Shown here: positions 37,372-49,671 of the stretch, piece by piece | Layout: each line of letters opens with the position of its first letter | Position numbering within the stretch: position 1 is the first letter of the stretch | Assembly: GCA_965113315.1 (NCBI GenBank) | Contig: OZ220363.1 | Direction: 5' to 3' (one strand) | Origin: Podarcis vaucheri | Lineage: Eukaryota | DNA length: 64,000 bases | Notes under the pieces: model-generated | Database searches by the model: none | What the model was told of the DNA's origin: nothing | The model's input: only the letters and a program-made list of their open reading frames with translations | Translations under genes and position numbers: made by a program

Positions 37372-37452
37372 CTTGTGAGCAGGAACTTTCTTGGCTGCCC
37401 CCACTGGGCCCACAATAAAATGCACGTCCGCCATAAGTTCGTTATTGAACAT
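37372..37452 (-). CDS. BTBD6: BTBD6 coding exon 2, partial (5' end in assembly gap), MFNNELMADVHFIVGPVGAAKKVPAHK
   Basis: ORF 37252..37452; donor CACAAG|gtttgt; BTB N-terminal motif. Confidence 0.93.
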
Positions 37453-37652
37453 NNNNNNNNNNNNNNNNNNNNNNNNNNNNNNNNNNNNNNNNNNNNNNNN
37501 NNNNNNNNNNNNNNNNNNNNNNNNNNNNNNNNNNNNNNNNNNNNNNNNNNNNNNNNNNNNNNNNNNNNNNNNNNNNNNNNNNNNNNNNNNNNNNNNNNNN
37601 NNNNNNNNNNNNNNNNNNNNNNNNNNNNNNNNNNNNNNNNNNNNNNNNNNNN
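37453..37652. other. Assembly gap (200 N)
   Basis: Exactly 200 consecutive N; hides the end of BTBD6 coding exon 1, the following intron and the start of exon 2. Confidence 0.99.
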
Positions 37653-37948
37653 AGCGGCGGCGGCGGCGGGGGCTGCGCGCTCTGCTGGAGCTGAAGGGCG
37701 TTTTTCTTGCTGTTGGCGGCGGCAGCGGCGGCGTTATTGCTGTTGGCGAGGTTGGTGTTGGCGCTGGCAGGGTAAAGTTCCGCAGCCATCTTCTTCTTGA
37801 GGGCCAGGGGCACTATCTCATAGCATGCTGGCCCCTTGCCGCCGGCCCGGACGCTCCTTTTGGACTTCTTTAAGGTCTCTGGAAGCAGAAGAAAGAAAGT
37901 CAAGCACTTCATGATCCGCCCATGGAAGCAACCATGGTCCAGTGGCAT
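37653..37948 (-). CDS. BTBD6: BTBD6 first coding exon, partial (3' end in gap); long-form ATG at 37948, internal ATG (MAAELY) at 37789
   Basis: MPLDHGCFHGRIMKCLTFFLLLPETLKK...CYEIVPLALKKKMAAELYPASANTNLANSN...QPPPPPP, resembling BTBD6/BTBD3 N-termini. Confidence 0.88.
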
Positions 37949-40300
37949 CAGCGGGGAGGGATCCCCGCCTCCTCCTCCTCCTCCTCGACGGGCAATCGAG
38001 CACAACAGTCCCACGTCCAAAGATGTCAACCAAAAGAGAAGAGAAAATCCTGCCTTTGGAAGGGAAAAAACACCAACAAACAGTGGCCGCTTCGGCTGGT
38101 CGCTGGGAGAGATCTATGCCCAAAGCGCCTTTTTGCGCTCCGTTCCTGATGGGGGCGCAGCGGTGATGCCCTAGTGAGTCATCGCTCACCTGGCGCCCGG
38201 GAGCGGAGCGATGGGGGCGGAGGGGCGGGAGAGGACGCGGGGGTGTCCCAGCCTCGAGCCGGCGGCCAGCACCCGACCGCGCTGGGCCCACCGAACCGGC
38301 AAAGCCCAGGGAGCCGTCGAGGCACCGATTTCCGCCGGAGAGGCCACGGCAAGCGGCGGCGACGCTGAACTTCTGCCAACCCTCTCGGAGCGGAGGAGGA
38401 GGGAGCGAGCGAGCGAAAGCAGGAAACTCGGGCTTGCTGGCTTATTTATTTATTTTTATTTTCCGGCCGGAGGTGGAACATCCGCGAAGGAGCAGCCGAT
38501 CTCCGATTATTCTTATTATTACTGTATTATTATTATTTTCCTCCACGGTCGCAACAAGACCCTTCGTCGGTAAAATCCCAGAGGCGGCGGCGATGCGCAG
38601 AGGAGTCGGGTGGCGGCCGGCATCCGATCCAGCCGCTCTTCTTTGCAAAAGGAAAACCCTAGCGAAATTGCAGGCGGCGGTTCAGCTTCTGCGCTCGGGG
38701 AGGCCGGTCCCCGGCGCTCTTCTCCATCCGCGGGCGCCGGGTGGGAGATGCGCTCTTGCTGTCTCTCCCTGCTGCTGCTGCTCCGCCTGTGTCGTAATTG
38801 GAAAGTCAGCAAGAGCCGCTTTGCCGGGCTGGGCGCCCGTGGCCGTCCGCGTGTGCGCCTCCTCGCGCGTATGTGCTTCCTCGCCCGTCTCTCCCTTTCT
38901 GGCGCGGCTGCTGCTGCTGCCTCCGCCGCCTCCTCCTCCCGCTGCCTCAAATAGCCAGCAGCAGCTCCGCGCGTCACCGGCGCCTGCTCCAATGGCGAGG
39001 CGGCGGAGAGCAGGGCGCACCGGGGAGGGACGGAGGGCTGCCTCCCTCCTGCCACCCCTCCCCTGCCAGACAATATGTCATTCTTCTCCGCTCCTTTGCT
39101 AGCCGCCCACCCCCTTCCCCCCTCCCTTTTTTCGCCAATCAATCCAGTCCCCTCCTCCATTTGGGAAATTTACAGGAAACCCAAATTCGCTCTCCTTGTT
39201 GGGCGAAGCAGATTTTGAAAAAGCACAACACACACAGACACACAAACGCGGCTGCAGTGGAGCAGAAGAGAACGAAGAACAACATGCAGCCCCCGCTTTG
39301 CAAACCCCCCAAAACCCCTCCAGCAATTTCGGGAAAGGCGCCGCGGAAACTGCAGAAGTATTTCAGTTTAGAAAGGGATCTGCAGGGCTCTTTTTTTGCA
39401 GATAAAAGTTCGGCTGCTTTTTGGGGGGGGGCGTCCTTTACCCCCCCACCTTTAAGCGATTGCATGGGAAAATTCTTCCCCTTCCTACACAACACACACT
39501 TGGCCACAGCTCGCCTGACCTCGCCTCTGCGTTTGCTGCTGCCTCTGCCCCAAAACGCGATCGGGAAAGCAGTAAACAAACGGGGCCAGGTTTGGATACC
39601 CCCCCTTCCTTTCCCAGGCGTAATGCAAGCCTCAGCTGGAGCGAAGCGTCCAGATTTTGCAAATTCTGTCATCCCTTGCCAGTCGGCACCGACGACCATT
39701 CTTGGTCTAGTTGCAGAGTGCGTGGTTTTTTCTGGAGGGGGCGGCCGGGTCGCTCAAGGTAACCACGGCAAGCAGTCCTGCAGCTGGCGAACTCGGCTGC
39801 AGCGCCCCGCCGACCCCGGATCGCCCGGTCCCGGCCGCGGCCCTCCCCGTTTCTCATCGCCGCCGCCCACCCCACGGCCCTGATAAAAGCCGCCCAAGTG
39901 TACCTGCTGGCCCGCTCACCAGGCGCCCCCTCGCCCCAGCCCGGCTGGGAAAGTTTGCGCGGCGGACTCATCCTTGGAGTCAGAAGCCATGATTATGGAA
40001 ATGGCAGTCGGCGGCGGCGGCAGCATCAGGCAGGCGGGAGGGGCCGCCTCGCCGATCCCAGCTTAGTGCAGCGGCGGCGGCGGCCCCGAGCGAGCTTCCT
40101 TCCGAAGCGAGCCGAGCGAGGGCGCCCCTGCTCCTTCTGGCCCGAGCCTGGCAAAGTGCTCCTTTTCTCACTCCGTGCGACCCCCTCCTTCGGGCAAAGG
40201 CAAGGGGAGGGGGCATAGCGCTTTGCAAAAGTTTTCGTCCGCCCAAACCAAGGCGAAGTCGCCCCAAAACTACCATAGAGATAGCAAAAAATTCAAAAGT
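37653..40300. promoter_or_regulatory. CpG island / BTBD6 promoter and 5' UTR region
   Basis: Abruptly high GC and CpG density, GGC/CCG runs, CCAAT motifs near 38989 and 39136, AP-1 motif TGAGTCA at 38175-38181; flanking DNA is CpG-poor. Confidence 0.88.
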
Positions 40301-40338
40301 AGGGGGTCCATGTCTGGCTTTTGAAACAAGGGGGTGGG

Positions 40339-40340
<2 letters not shown>

Positions 40341-40389
<49 letters not shown>

Positions 40390-41004
40390 TTATTTATACC
40401 CCACCCATCTGGCTGAGTTTCCCCAGCCACTCTGGGTGGCTCCCAATCAAATGTTAAAAACAGTACAGCATTAAATATTAAAAACTTCCCTGAACAGGGC
40501 TGCCTTCAGATGTCTTTTAAAAATAGGATAGCTGCTTATTTCCTTCACATCTGAAGGGAGGGTGTTCCAACGGGTGGGTGCCACTACCGAGAAGGCCCTC
40601 TGTCTGGTTCCCTGTAACCTCACTTCTCGCAATGAGGGAACTGCCAGACGGCCCTGGGCGCTGGATCTCAGTGTCCGGGCAGAACGATAGGGGTGGAGAC
40701 GCTCCTTCAGGTGTACAGGACCGAGGCCGTTTAGGGCTTTAAAGGTCAACACCAACACTTTGAATTGTGCTCAGAAACGTACTGGGAGCCAATGCAGATC
40801 TCTCAGGACCGGTGTTATGTGGTCCCGGCGGCCGCTCCCATCACCAGTCTAGCTGTCGCATTCTGGATTAATTGCAGTTTCTGGGTCACCTTCAAAGGTA
40901 GCCCCACGTAGAGTGCATTACAGTAGTCTAAGGGGGAGGTAACCACTCTGGCGAGACAGTCTGTGGGCAGGTAGGGTCTCACCCTGCGTACCAGATGGAG
41001 CTGG
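40341..41004 (-). mobile_element. L2-clade LINE 3' fragment with (TTA)n tail
   Basis: ORF 40471..40758 (LVLTFKALNGLGP...RAFSVVAP..WN.LP...FKRHLKAALF) is an L2-type ORF2 C-terminus; (TAA)n at 40341-40388. Confidence 0.88.
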
Positions 41005-41464
41005 TTTGCAGTGCTTAGCTAATTGGAACCACTGATTTCACAGAATCAAAGTTCGAAGGAACCCCAAGGGTCATTTAGTCCAACCCTCTGCAATGCAGGA
41101 ATCTCAACCAAAGCATCCATGACAGATGGTCACCCAACTTTTGTTTAAAAACTTCCAAGGAAAGAGAGTCCACAAGCCTGGAGTTGCCAGGGTGAAATGC
41201 TTCATTTTTCTATCATTTGTATTTTAAGCTGAATAAAAAAATATGTGCTTGTGGGGTTTGCGAAAGGTGCTGAAGTGCTGAGTTGTGTTTATGGTTTAAT
41301 AAAAAATAAACTGGACTCAAGAAACCAGACTGAATCTCTTTCTTTAAAAAGGGGTAGGATTCCTTTCAGTAGAAGAGCTTCTGCGCTGGATCATGCCAGT
41401 GGCCCATCTGTCAGCATTCTGCTCCCCACTGTGGCAACTAGATGCCTAATGAAGCTCACAAGCC

Positions 41465-42000
41465 TATTATTATTATTATTATTATTAATTTGTATATTGC
41501 TTTTCATCTGAAGGTCACAGGGTGGTTCACAACATAAAAATACAAAATGAGAACACAAAAAACATATTAAAAATAACAAAAACAAACCAATCTGCCCCCC
41601 CCAAGCCCCCATATTTAAAAGGATGTAGAATGTTAATCAGCCAAAGGCCTGATTACAGAGAAATGTTTTTCTCCTGGTGCCTAAATATAAGCAATGAAGG
41701 TGCCAGGTGAACCTCTCTGGGAAGAGCATTCCATAAAGAGGAACCCGCTGCAGAAAAGGCCTGTTCTCGCCTTGCCACCCTCCGGACCACTTGTGGAGAA
41801 GGCATATGAAAAAGGGCCTCGAATGATGATCACAGGGTCCAGGTTGGTGGTCCCTGAGGTATTGTGGTCCTGAGCCATTTAAGGCTTTATAGGTCAAAAC
41901 CAGCACTTTGAAATGACCTAGGAACTAATCAGCAACCACTGCAGTCAGACCAGGTTCGGTGTAATATGCTCAAAGTGTCTTGTCCCAGTGAGCAACCTGG
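41465..42000 (-). mobile_element. L2-clade LINE 3' fragment (older)
   Basis: LVLTYKALNGSGPQYLRD remnant in ORF 41637..41906; (TTA)n tail. Confidence 0.78.
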
Positions 42001-45000
42001 CCCAGGGAAGTAGTGCCTTCCTACAATGCCCTGGTTAGGCTTGTGTGCCCCCCCTTGGGGACAGAGGCTGCTGCTGCAGCAGTGGGGGCAGGGGGCAGAA
42101 GGTAAACACCCTCTGTGCCCTGTCTCCCCCCCCCCACGCATGAGTGCCCGCCTGTCAGCAGCGAGGGCAGGGTGAACACGGAGTGAGTGGGTGGTATTCA
42201 ATGCTCGTCCTATTTGGAGTAGATCCATTGACATTAATAGACATGATTAACTTAGGTTCTTTAATTTAAGTGGGTTTACTCTGAGTAGGACTTAGCTGAA
42301 TATAAGATTTTTAGCGTGAAGAGGGAATGCTTCCTTAGCTGTGTGCTCACTTGATACTGCAAGGCCCTCTGTCCCTTCTTGAGGTGTCCTGCCCCATAAT
42401 GGAGAACAATTTAGGGATATCCCCATTCAACTAGAAATGATCCTTGTGGTGGGGGAAGAGACAGGTAATGACCTCCCCTAGACAAATGGCACAGAAATAA
42501 AGCACTTGCACCTACCACTTTTGTAAGGTAAGTGCTTGTTGCTTTTGTTCATGTGTACACAAAAAAGTATGTCTTGCTTTTCCAAATCATGCACCCCTTT
42601 CTGTTGTTGCTATCAGCCTAGAAGACAGCTCTTGAGTTTCTGTAAACTTCTGATTACCCCATGTTGCACACACTTTTGAACCATTTGGATAAACTATATC
42701 CAAACTTGTATTGAACCCTTTCTACAAATTGCTGATACCTCTGATCCAGAACCTGCTCAGGACCTAGAATCACGCATATACAGAAAATGTTACAAAAGCT
42801 TGGGCATAGGTTTGGAAGAAGTCCAACATTTAAGTGTGCCTTGAGCCGATGTTATGGCACTGTTTAGTTGTGTTAATCTGAGTTCTTTATTTTCAGGCCT
42901 AGTTCACATAAAATGAAAAACCGTGGTTTCCAGCTATGTGAAGAAACTTGTGACGAGTCTTAGGCTCCCATTCTGCTTTTACAAGGAGATTAGGAGCTTC
43001 CGCTTCTGCTTTTAAACAAACCAAGTTTCCTGTGATATCTGAACATGGGTGACTGGTTTGTGTTTTAACTATTTGTTAAATCTGCATCCCACCAAAGGGG
43101 CTAAAGACTGGGATGGTAAAGGAGAATGCAACAGATTAAAACAATGCTTCTGGTTCCTGGCTTGTTCTCACAGATTGTAGTTTAAACAAACCACCATCTC
43201 CTGAGTTAGAATGTCACAAGGAACTTGGTTTGTCTAAACCTGTGGGTGGGTGCTTTTGATGTCCTTTGCTATGCACAGAACAAGATGGAGTGTGTGCACT
43301 CTAGACTTCATGTAGTAGGAATCCATAGTTCCCCGTTACATCTGAACTAGGTCTCAGTCTTACAGCGTTACAAAGCAAAACTTTACGCACCTTTATAATT
43401 TCCATAGGATTATTTTTTAAAGGATCTTCACAAGCTAACATGGTACTTGGAAGAAAGTACCTTGTTGTCTGTGGGCCTTGATATTTTCATTTAATCTGTT
43501 TTGGGAATTGAATTGTTCAGTCTTCAAGGCTTTTAATTTCTTTGGTGAGTTTCACTTTTCTATTAATGCACAGTGCAGACTGGTGTTGTCAAGGCAGTTT
43601 GTAAGCATGAAAGACAAAATAATTTTCTGAAATACCACAATGCATTTGAGGCTCTCTGCAGGGCAGCTTTAGGTAAAATAGTGATAAAAAGTCTTTAACC
43701 TCATCCCAGGAGATTCTCATCTTGTGACCTGCTAGCTGCCTTCATGTTACCGCTGCCAGCGCACATGAGAAAGTTTTGTGATTTTCTCTCTGTTGCATTG
43801 TGAAATGTAACATAGAAATGCAGCCACAAAAATCATATTTATTGTTTGCTTACACCTTTTATATATTAATGAAATTGTGATGCCAAAGATTTATAGCATT
43901 TGCTTTTACTTGGGATACTAGATTTTCTTGGGGTCTTTAGTTCTTCCAAACAAGTTCATTGATTTACAGCAATTTAACTATAAATCTGTATGAACATCAT
44001 GGATAACTAATGTGCGGATTTCCTCCATGAATCTCTACAACTCAGGTAGTGTTAATAATTTACTTGGTATTTTTACTATGATCTACTACTGCCTGTACAG
44101 AGGTTTTCATGCAGTGTTGTGGAAAATGTGTATGTGTGGTCATTTTATCACACAATCAGAATAAACAGAACTCGCTGCATACTGTAATGGGTAAGTGTTA
44201 ACACTTAACAGCAAATGAAACTGATTTCATTCATTGTAAGTCCACAAGAACTATTTAAATGAACATTTTCAAGCAAAGCCTCATCTTTATCAACGGAAGA
44301 ACGCAAGCAGGGCATCAACTGAGAAACCATATTCACTGACAAATTACCTGACAGGAAATGAGAAACTGATTCCTCCGCAGAAGAGCATAAACGTATTAAA
44401 CAAAGGCTTTAAAAAAATAATCTTCTGCATTAGAAGTTGACCCCTCAAAAAAGCACTATTTATGTACCTTTCTTCGTTTGGAACCATAAACACCAATATA
44501 AAAATGATTTTATTGCGGCGCAACCATTAGGCATCAAGCTGCATTGCTAAGTGCATTAAACTGAGATAAATCGGAGAAACAAACGGGCTGGTAAAACCAC
44601 ATGGCTGCATGCTCTAATTGGTTTTCCAAATGAGAATCTGAAAATATTTATTTATGTAAGTTACATATACTGCTTTTCAGGTGGTTTGCTTGCATAAAAG
44701 TATTAAAGCAACATGCATGAATGAAAATTGTATAATAAAGCAGAAAAGCCAAACAACTGTTTGTCACTGGAAAACCTGTATCACTCCTTCAGGAAAGGGG
44801 AAATAAACATAATCTAATCTATGTCTGGTGGAACATTGATTCTTCTAGCATAAACTTTACAGCCCAGGTGAGCGATTTGTTTTATGGGCCACCTTGGGAA
44901 GGGAGTTGCAGCCCAACCCCACCGTCAATTCCTCCAAAGTGGGCTACCACAGCTGCTATGCTCTCAGCACACTTTTCTGGCAACTCTAATACTCTTCAGG

Positions 45001-46281
45001 AGATTGGATTTTGCTAGTCCTTTACTTCTGCAATTGCTAGCCCACTGGGCTAAACTAGAGATGGCCTGCCAGATCTCTCATGGTATACTTGTTGCTCTTT
45101 AAAAACAAGCTTCAAAGCGGCCATGTGGGGCTGCTTATTTAACTGACATCTTGTACCTGCCCTCCTGGGCTAAACAGGCCGTTGGAATTTAGATTGAGGA
45201 AACAGTGTGGCCAGAATGGCTGCAGCAGCCTTTCACCCACTGCCAGTGCCTCACATTGCTGTTTTGAAGCAAAAGACAAATAAATATGTACAGGAGGTCC
45301 TGATCATATACCCCCTGTGTCAAGTCTGATAAGTTTTGAAGTTGGCTCAGAAAACAAAATATTAGTTAAGAAATACTATTAAGGATGAGAGTTACAAATC
45401 ACAATCTAAATAAGAATATTAAAAAATAAGTGACGAATGCTGGTGGAGGGAAGTCACAGAGGTGTAACATTTATGTTTGTGTTTCTGTATTGTCGGTATT
45501 TGAGTTGGTGTATTTGCGTGGTTGTATGTGGATTGTAAATAATAATATAAAAGAGTATGCTTAAATAAAAGTGCGAGAATAAAAATTGCAGATTTTTTGT
45601 TGTTGTTAAGTAAAAACAGTTTATGACCTCTTCTCCCCACCCCCTTGATCTGTGATATGAGAGATGAACACTTGATACCGGAAAAATTTACAGACAAAAT
45701 GTTCTGCATGCTTTACGAGAACATTATTTTCTCCTGTCACTTCCTGCTCCCAGGTGGTGCTGCCCTCTAGTACACCTCTGGGCACGCCTCCCCACTTCCC
45801 CAGCATTCTGGCAATATCTTTTACTGCCCTGCTTATTGCATGCATTGTCGTATTCTTTACAGTCCACAGCAGTCAGCAGTTCATGTTATTTCCTTGTGTA
45901 GTGCACTAACTTGAAAATCATGGTGGGTTTGGTATTTTTTTTGGTAGAACATCTGATTTGCATTCAAAAGGTTCCTGGCTCAATCCCTGACACAGAGCTA
46001 GGAGTGCCCCCTGTCCAAAACCCACAACAGTCGCTGTCAGTCAATTTAGACAGTGCTCAGCTACATGGCCAATGGTCTGACTCTATAAAACATCTTTCCA
46101 TGTCCCTATGTACTTCTTCCGCTGGAATATGTTGTTACCTGTCTGGATTGGAAATGTTGCAGTAGTGTAACCCATTTTCTGTCAGTGAACTAAGAACTGA
46201 CGGTAGGCTTTATTGTTCAAGAAGCATGTTCACGAAAGTAAAGGTCAGGATCAGAAATAGCCGACTCTTGTTTTGTTGCAG

Positions 46282-46431
46282 ATCCATGTTTATATATTCC
46301 TCGTTTTGCACACATGCTGGAGTTTGGCGATAAGAACCATGAGGTTTCCATGACTGCCCTAAGGCTCCTGCAGCAGATGAAGAGAGACTGGATGCACACA
46401 GGGCGACGGCCTTCGGGGCTTTGTGGTGCAG
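46282..46431 (+). CDS. BRF1: BRF1 coding exon (exon 6 equivalent), (D)[49 protein letters not shown]
   Basis: ttgcag|ATCCA...GGTGCAG|gtatgg; 150 nt; contains the GRRPSG motif of the second cyclin repeat; overlaps ORF 46314..46508. Confidence 0.96.
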
Positions 46432-46674
46432 GTATGGAAGAATTTGTGGGAATTGTTGGGTGCATAGAGCAGCAGCAGTGGGTTGTGCAGAAGGTGCTTT
46501 GCAGGTGACCCCCTGTTCATTTTGTAAGAAGCAGTTGGTGAATCGACAAGCACGGTCTTAGAATCAAGCTGAAGAAGGTTGGAATTCAACTCCAGGGACT
46601 AATCCAAAGAGGTTGGATAGTGCCTTGTACGCCTCCTTCCTGTAACTCCTGCAGCCAATCTGGTGCCAAACATA

Positions 46675-47006
46675 TTGTTGTTGTTTAGTCGTGTCCAACT
46701 CTTCATGACCCCATGGACCAGAGCACACCAGTCTCTCCTGTCTTCCACTGCCTCCCGCAGTTTGGTCAAACTCATGTTGGTAGCTTTGAGAACACTGTCC
46801 AACCATCTCGTCCTCTGTCATCCCCTTCTCCTTGTGCCCTCCATCTTTCCCAAGATCAGGGTCTTTTCCAGGGAGTCTTCTCTTCTCATGAGGTGGCCAA
46901 AGTATTGGAGCCTCAGCTTTAGGATCTGTCCTTCCAGTGAGCACTCAGGGCTCATTTCCTTAAGAATGGATAGGTTTGATCTTCTTGCAGTCCATGGGAC
47001 TCTCAA
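46675..47006 (-). mobile_element. RTE/BovB LINE 3' fragment
   Basis: RVPWTARRSNLSILKE...LKLRLQYFGHLMRREDSLEKTLILGKMEGTRRRG; (CAA)n tail; flanking repeat CAAACATA. Confidence 0.9.
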
Positions 47007-47454
47007 ACATACTGCTCTGCTTTCCTTTGGACCACATCAGCAGAGCCAAGAGGCGGGTCTTGTCCTCTGGGTAGCTCAGGACCCATAGAAATACACACTG
47101 CCCAGGCTTGCACCCCAGGGAAGTCACTTCGGTGCTGCTAATGCAGCAGTTTGACTTCACCTCCAGAGGTTCACTCTGTTGTCTCTTGAGATAGATGGAT
47201 GCTGACAACAACAGAACCGATCACTGTATGGTTTGCAATAGATCAGCAAAGACTTTGACTCCCAATTGTTTCACAAGAGCAACAACAGAAAGCCCTTTCC
47301 CCCTTTCTGAACTGTGCTGCTGATAGGAAGAAAGCTTGAGGAAGAAAACCAGGGCTGGGTCTTTGTGTGACGTGACGGGAAGCCCAGTCCTGGTGCTGGA
47401 AACAATTTCCAGGGTTGAGCATGTCTTGGAGGTACCCTGTCCCTTAATTTAAAC

Positions 47455-47690
47455 CAGGGGTCGGCAAGGTTTACCTTGCCTGGGCTGGTTCACTCCTGTG
47501 GAGATTGCTCCGTGGGCCAGATCGTGTTCCGGCGCCGCGGAAGCAAGTCCCCGCTCCCCGCTGCGCCGGTTTAGTGCAGCTAGTGGGGACTCGCTGATCG
47601 GGCAGCTTGGTTCAGGAATGGCCCATGGGCCGTTTAAATGATCTCTGTGGGCTGCTTGTGGCCCATGGGCCACAGGTTGCAAGACCCCTG
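47455..47690 (-). mobile_element. hAT MITE, same family as 6219-6463, opposite orientation
   Basis: CAGGGGTC TIRs; internal sequence is the reverse complement of the 6.2-kb copy; TSD ATTTAAAC/TTTTAAGC. Confidence 0.85.
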
Positions 47691-49671
47691 TTTTAAGCAA
47701 TGTGTCCCCATGCCACTATTTTGCATCTGGCTGCAGTTGGTGGGGGCTTGAGGTTTTGCTAAAGAAAGCAAGGCTAAAGTCCACCCTCCGCTGGCCTAAC
47801 AGAACCCCTCACAACGCAGCATGAGTTTCTAGTGGAGTAATCCGCACATTAGTATTCCACAAGCAGAGACAATAAGCTCCCTGAAGAGCATCGTGCTAGT
47901 GGTTTTTGTAGCACATGGAATTAGGTGATTATGTAAGAGCAGAAGAAAGGGCCTCCTGGATCAGACTATGATCAATCTTGTCCAATTTTCTCTTAACAGT
48001 GGCCAGCCAGATTCCTTTGGAAAACTGAAGCAGGGCAGTGAACACGATGGCATTTCATTGCACTAGTCAGCAAAGTAATACCGCAAAATTTAACCAATTA
48101 ATCAGTTTTTCAAAGATTAAAACAAAACCAACTCTATAAAAGATAAGTGCTTTAAAAAGACTTGGGGGTGACAGGTGACGTTGAAGAGAAATGCCCAATT
48201 CTCCCTTAAAATACTCTCTTCAAGACTATGACTACTGTGAAGTGTAGGTACAGGGTGGTATCAGACATTAGCCATTCTCAGCGCAGTATTCTATATGAAG
48301 ATGCCTGAGTAGAATGACTCGCACTTGTACAATGAGACTTTTTTGCCCTCTCCTCCCTCCCCGCCCCATGTGTGCCCTGGACTATTCCTATATCTACACC
48401 AGAGGGTTAGGGAAACACGGGGCAGGAGGAGAGGGGAGAAAGTCCCATTATATAGAGCAAGACTGCTTGCAGAAAGTGAAATAAATGGGCAAGTTACTTA
48501 ATTCTATTGATTTCAATAGGTCTACTCTGAATCTAACTATTGCTGCATAGTGCCCATTATGTGTCAGCAGTGCCCTTTTCTTCAGAATTATTGTTTATTC
48601 ACATGCAAACTTGTACAGATTTTATTGACTAGGATTTATTGACTTGGGTGACAGCCCTGTGAATAAATGTTGTTTGAAAAAGTGGGGTTTTATTGTTTTT
48701 TGTTTGGTCTCTGCTTTTAGTGAATTTTGCTGGGTGACTTTTCAGGTTCTAGAATTAGGGAGAAAATTGTCCCCCTGTCCATTCCTTTCTGTACTTTAGA
48801 AGCTTCTGTTGTGCTTTCAATTGAACCACAGATAACTCAAGCCCTGGTACACATTACAGTGGAAGGGAATTTGCCCACAGATCCCAGATATTATACAGCT
48901 GGATCAGAAGGCAATCCCATTTTATTTAAGCCAGGGTTCTGCACCTGTTTGTCCTGGACAGATTTATTCTTGTAATCTTGACCGTGGCATTCCACAACTA
49001 CAGGTCAAGCATTTTTTGTCATCTTTTATAATCTTTTTTTTAGGTTGAGACAGTTTCACTGATTATGTAGATGAGGGACAAATGCAGAACATAAATAACA
49101 TCCATCTAAATATATGTAAATGGGTGCACTTGGGAACCCTGTTGGGCTTGGGATGGATGGACTAAACCTGCTTTCCATCACCGGGTGATCCTTGTGGTTG
49201 AGAATCAAGCCTTCTTCTATCTGCATAGCTCCACCCCTTAATCTTCATTGTCACTTAGCTTCTGCAATGCTACAGCTTTTTGCTTCAGCCATGTCTGATC
49301 ATGATCATTGGGGTGAGGAACGTGAACTTTGCATCAATGCTGGAGCTCTTTGCCCTTTGCCTTGCAGTGTGTGTGCATGTGAGTTTGCAAGGATATATAT
49401 ATATGGTGTGTCCAAAAGAAAAAGAAAACAGCCCTGTGTTGCATTTATAGAACTTTTTCTGCAGCTGGCTTGATTTTACTGCATGCAAAGTAAGTTTTAT
49501 AAAATTCCAATTTAATCACTCTGTATTCAAGCCCAGAGCTAAACATCAATATTTTAAAATTAATATGAGAATTAGAATTTCAGATGGTACTTGCATGACT
49601 CACTGTATTCCCTTGCTTTTCCCCGCATTGAACTGCCTTTTGATGTAGCCCTTTCCCTGTTTATGCTCTAG

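Larger units (their letters stand above)
35686..37948 (-). other. BTBD6: BTBD6 (BTB/POZ-BACK-PHR domain protein 6) coding span, nested antisense in BRF1 intron 5
   Basis: Four coding exons with short introns; protein has MAAELY N-terminus, BTB (MADVHFIVG...[18 protein letters not shown]), BACK and PHR domains ending QIPELIFYA, typical of BTBD6 rather than BTBD3. Confidence 0.95.

Noticed and set aside
38434-39883. Long overlapping ORFs (222, 213, 361 aa) in the CpG island
   Set aside because: Low-complexity GC-rich frames with non-ATG starts and no recognisable domain; expected from stop-codon scarcity.
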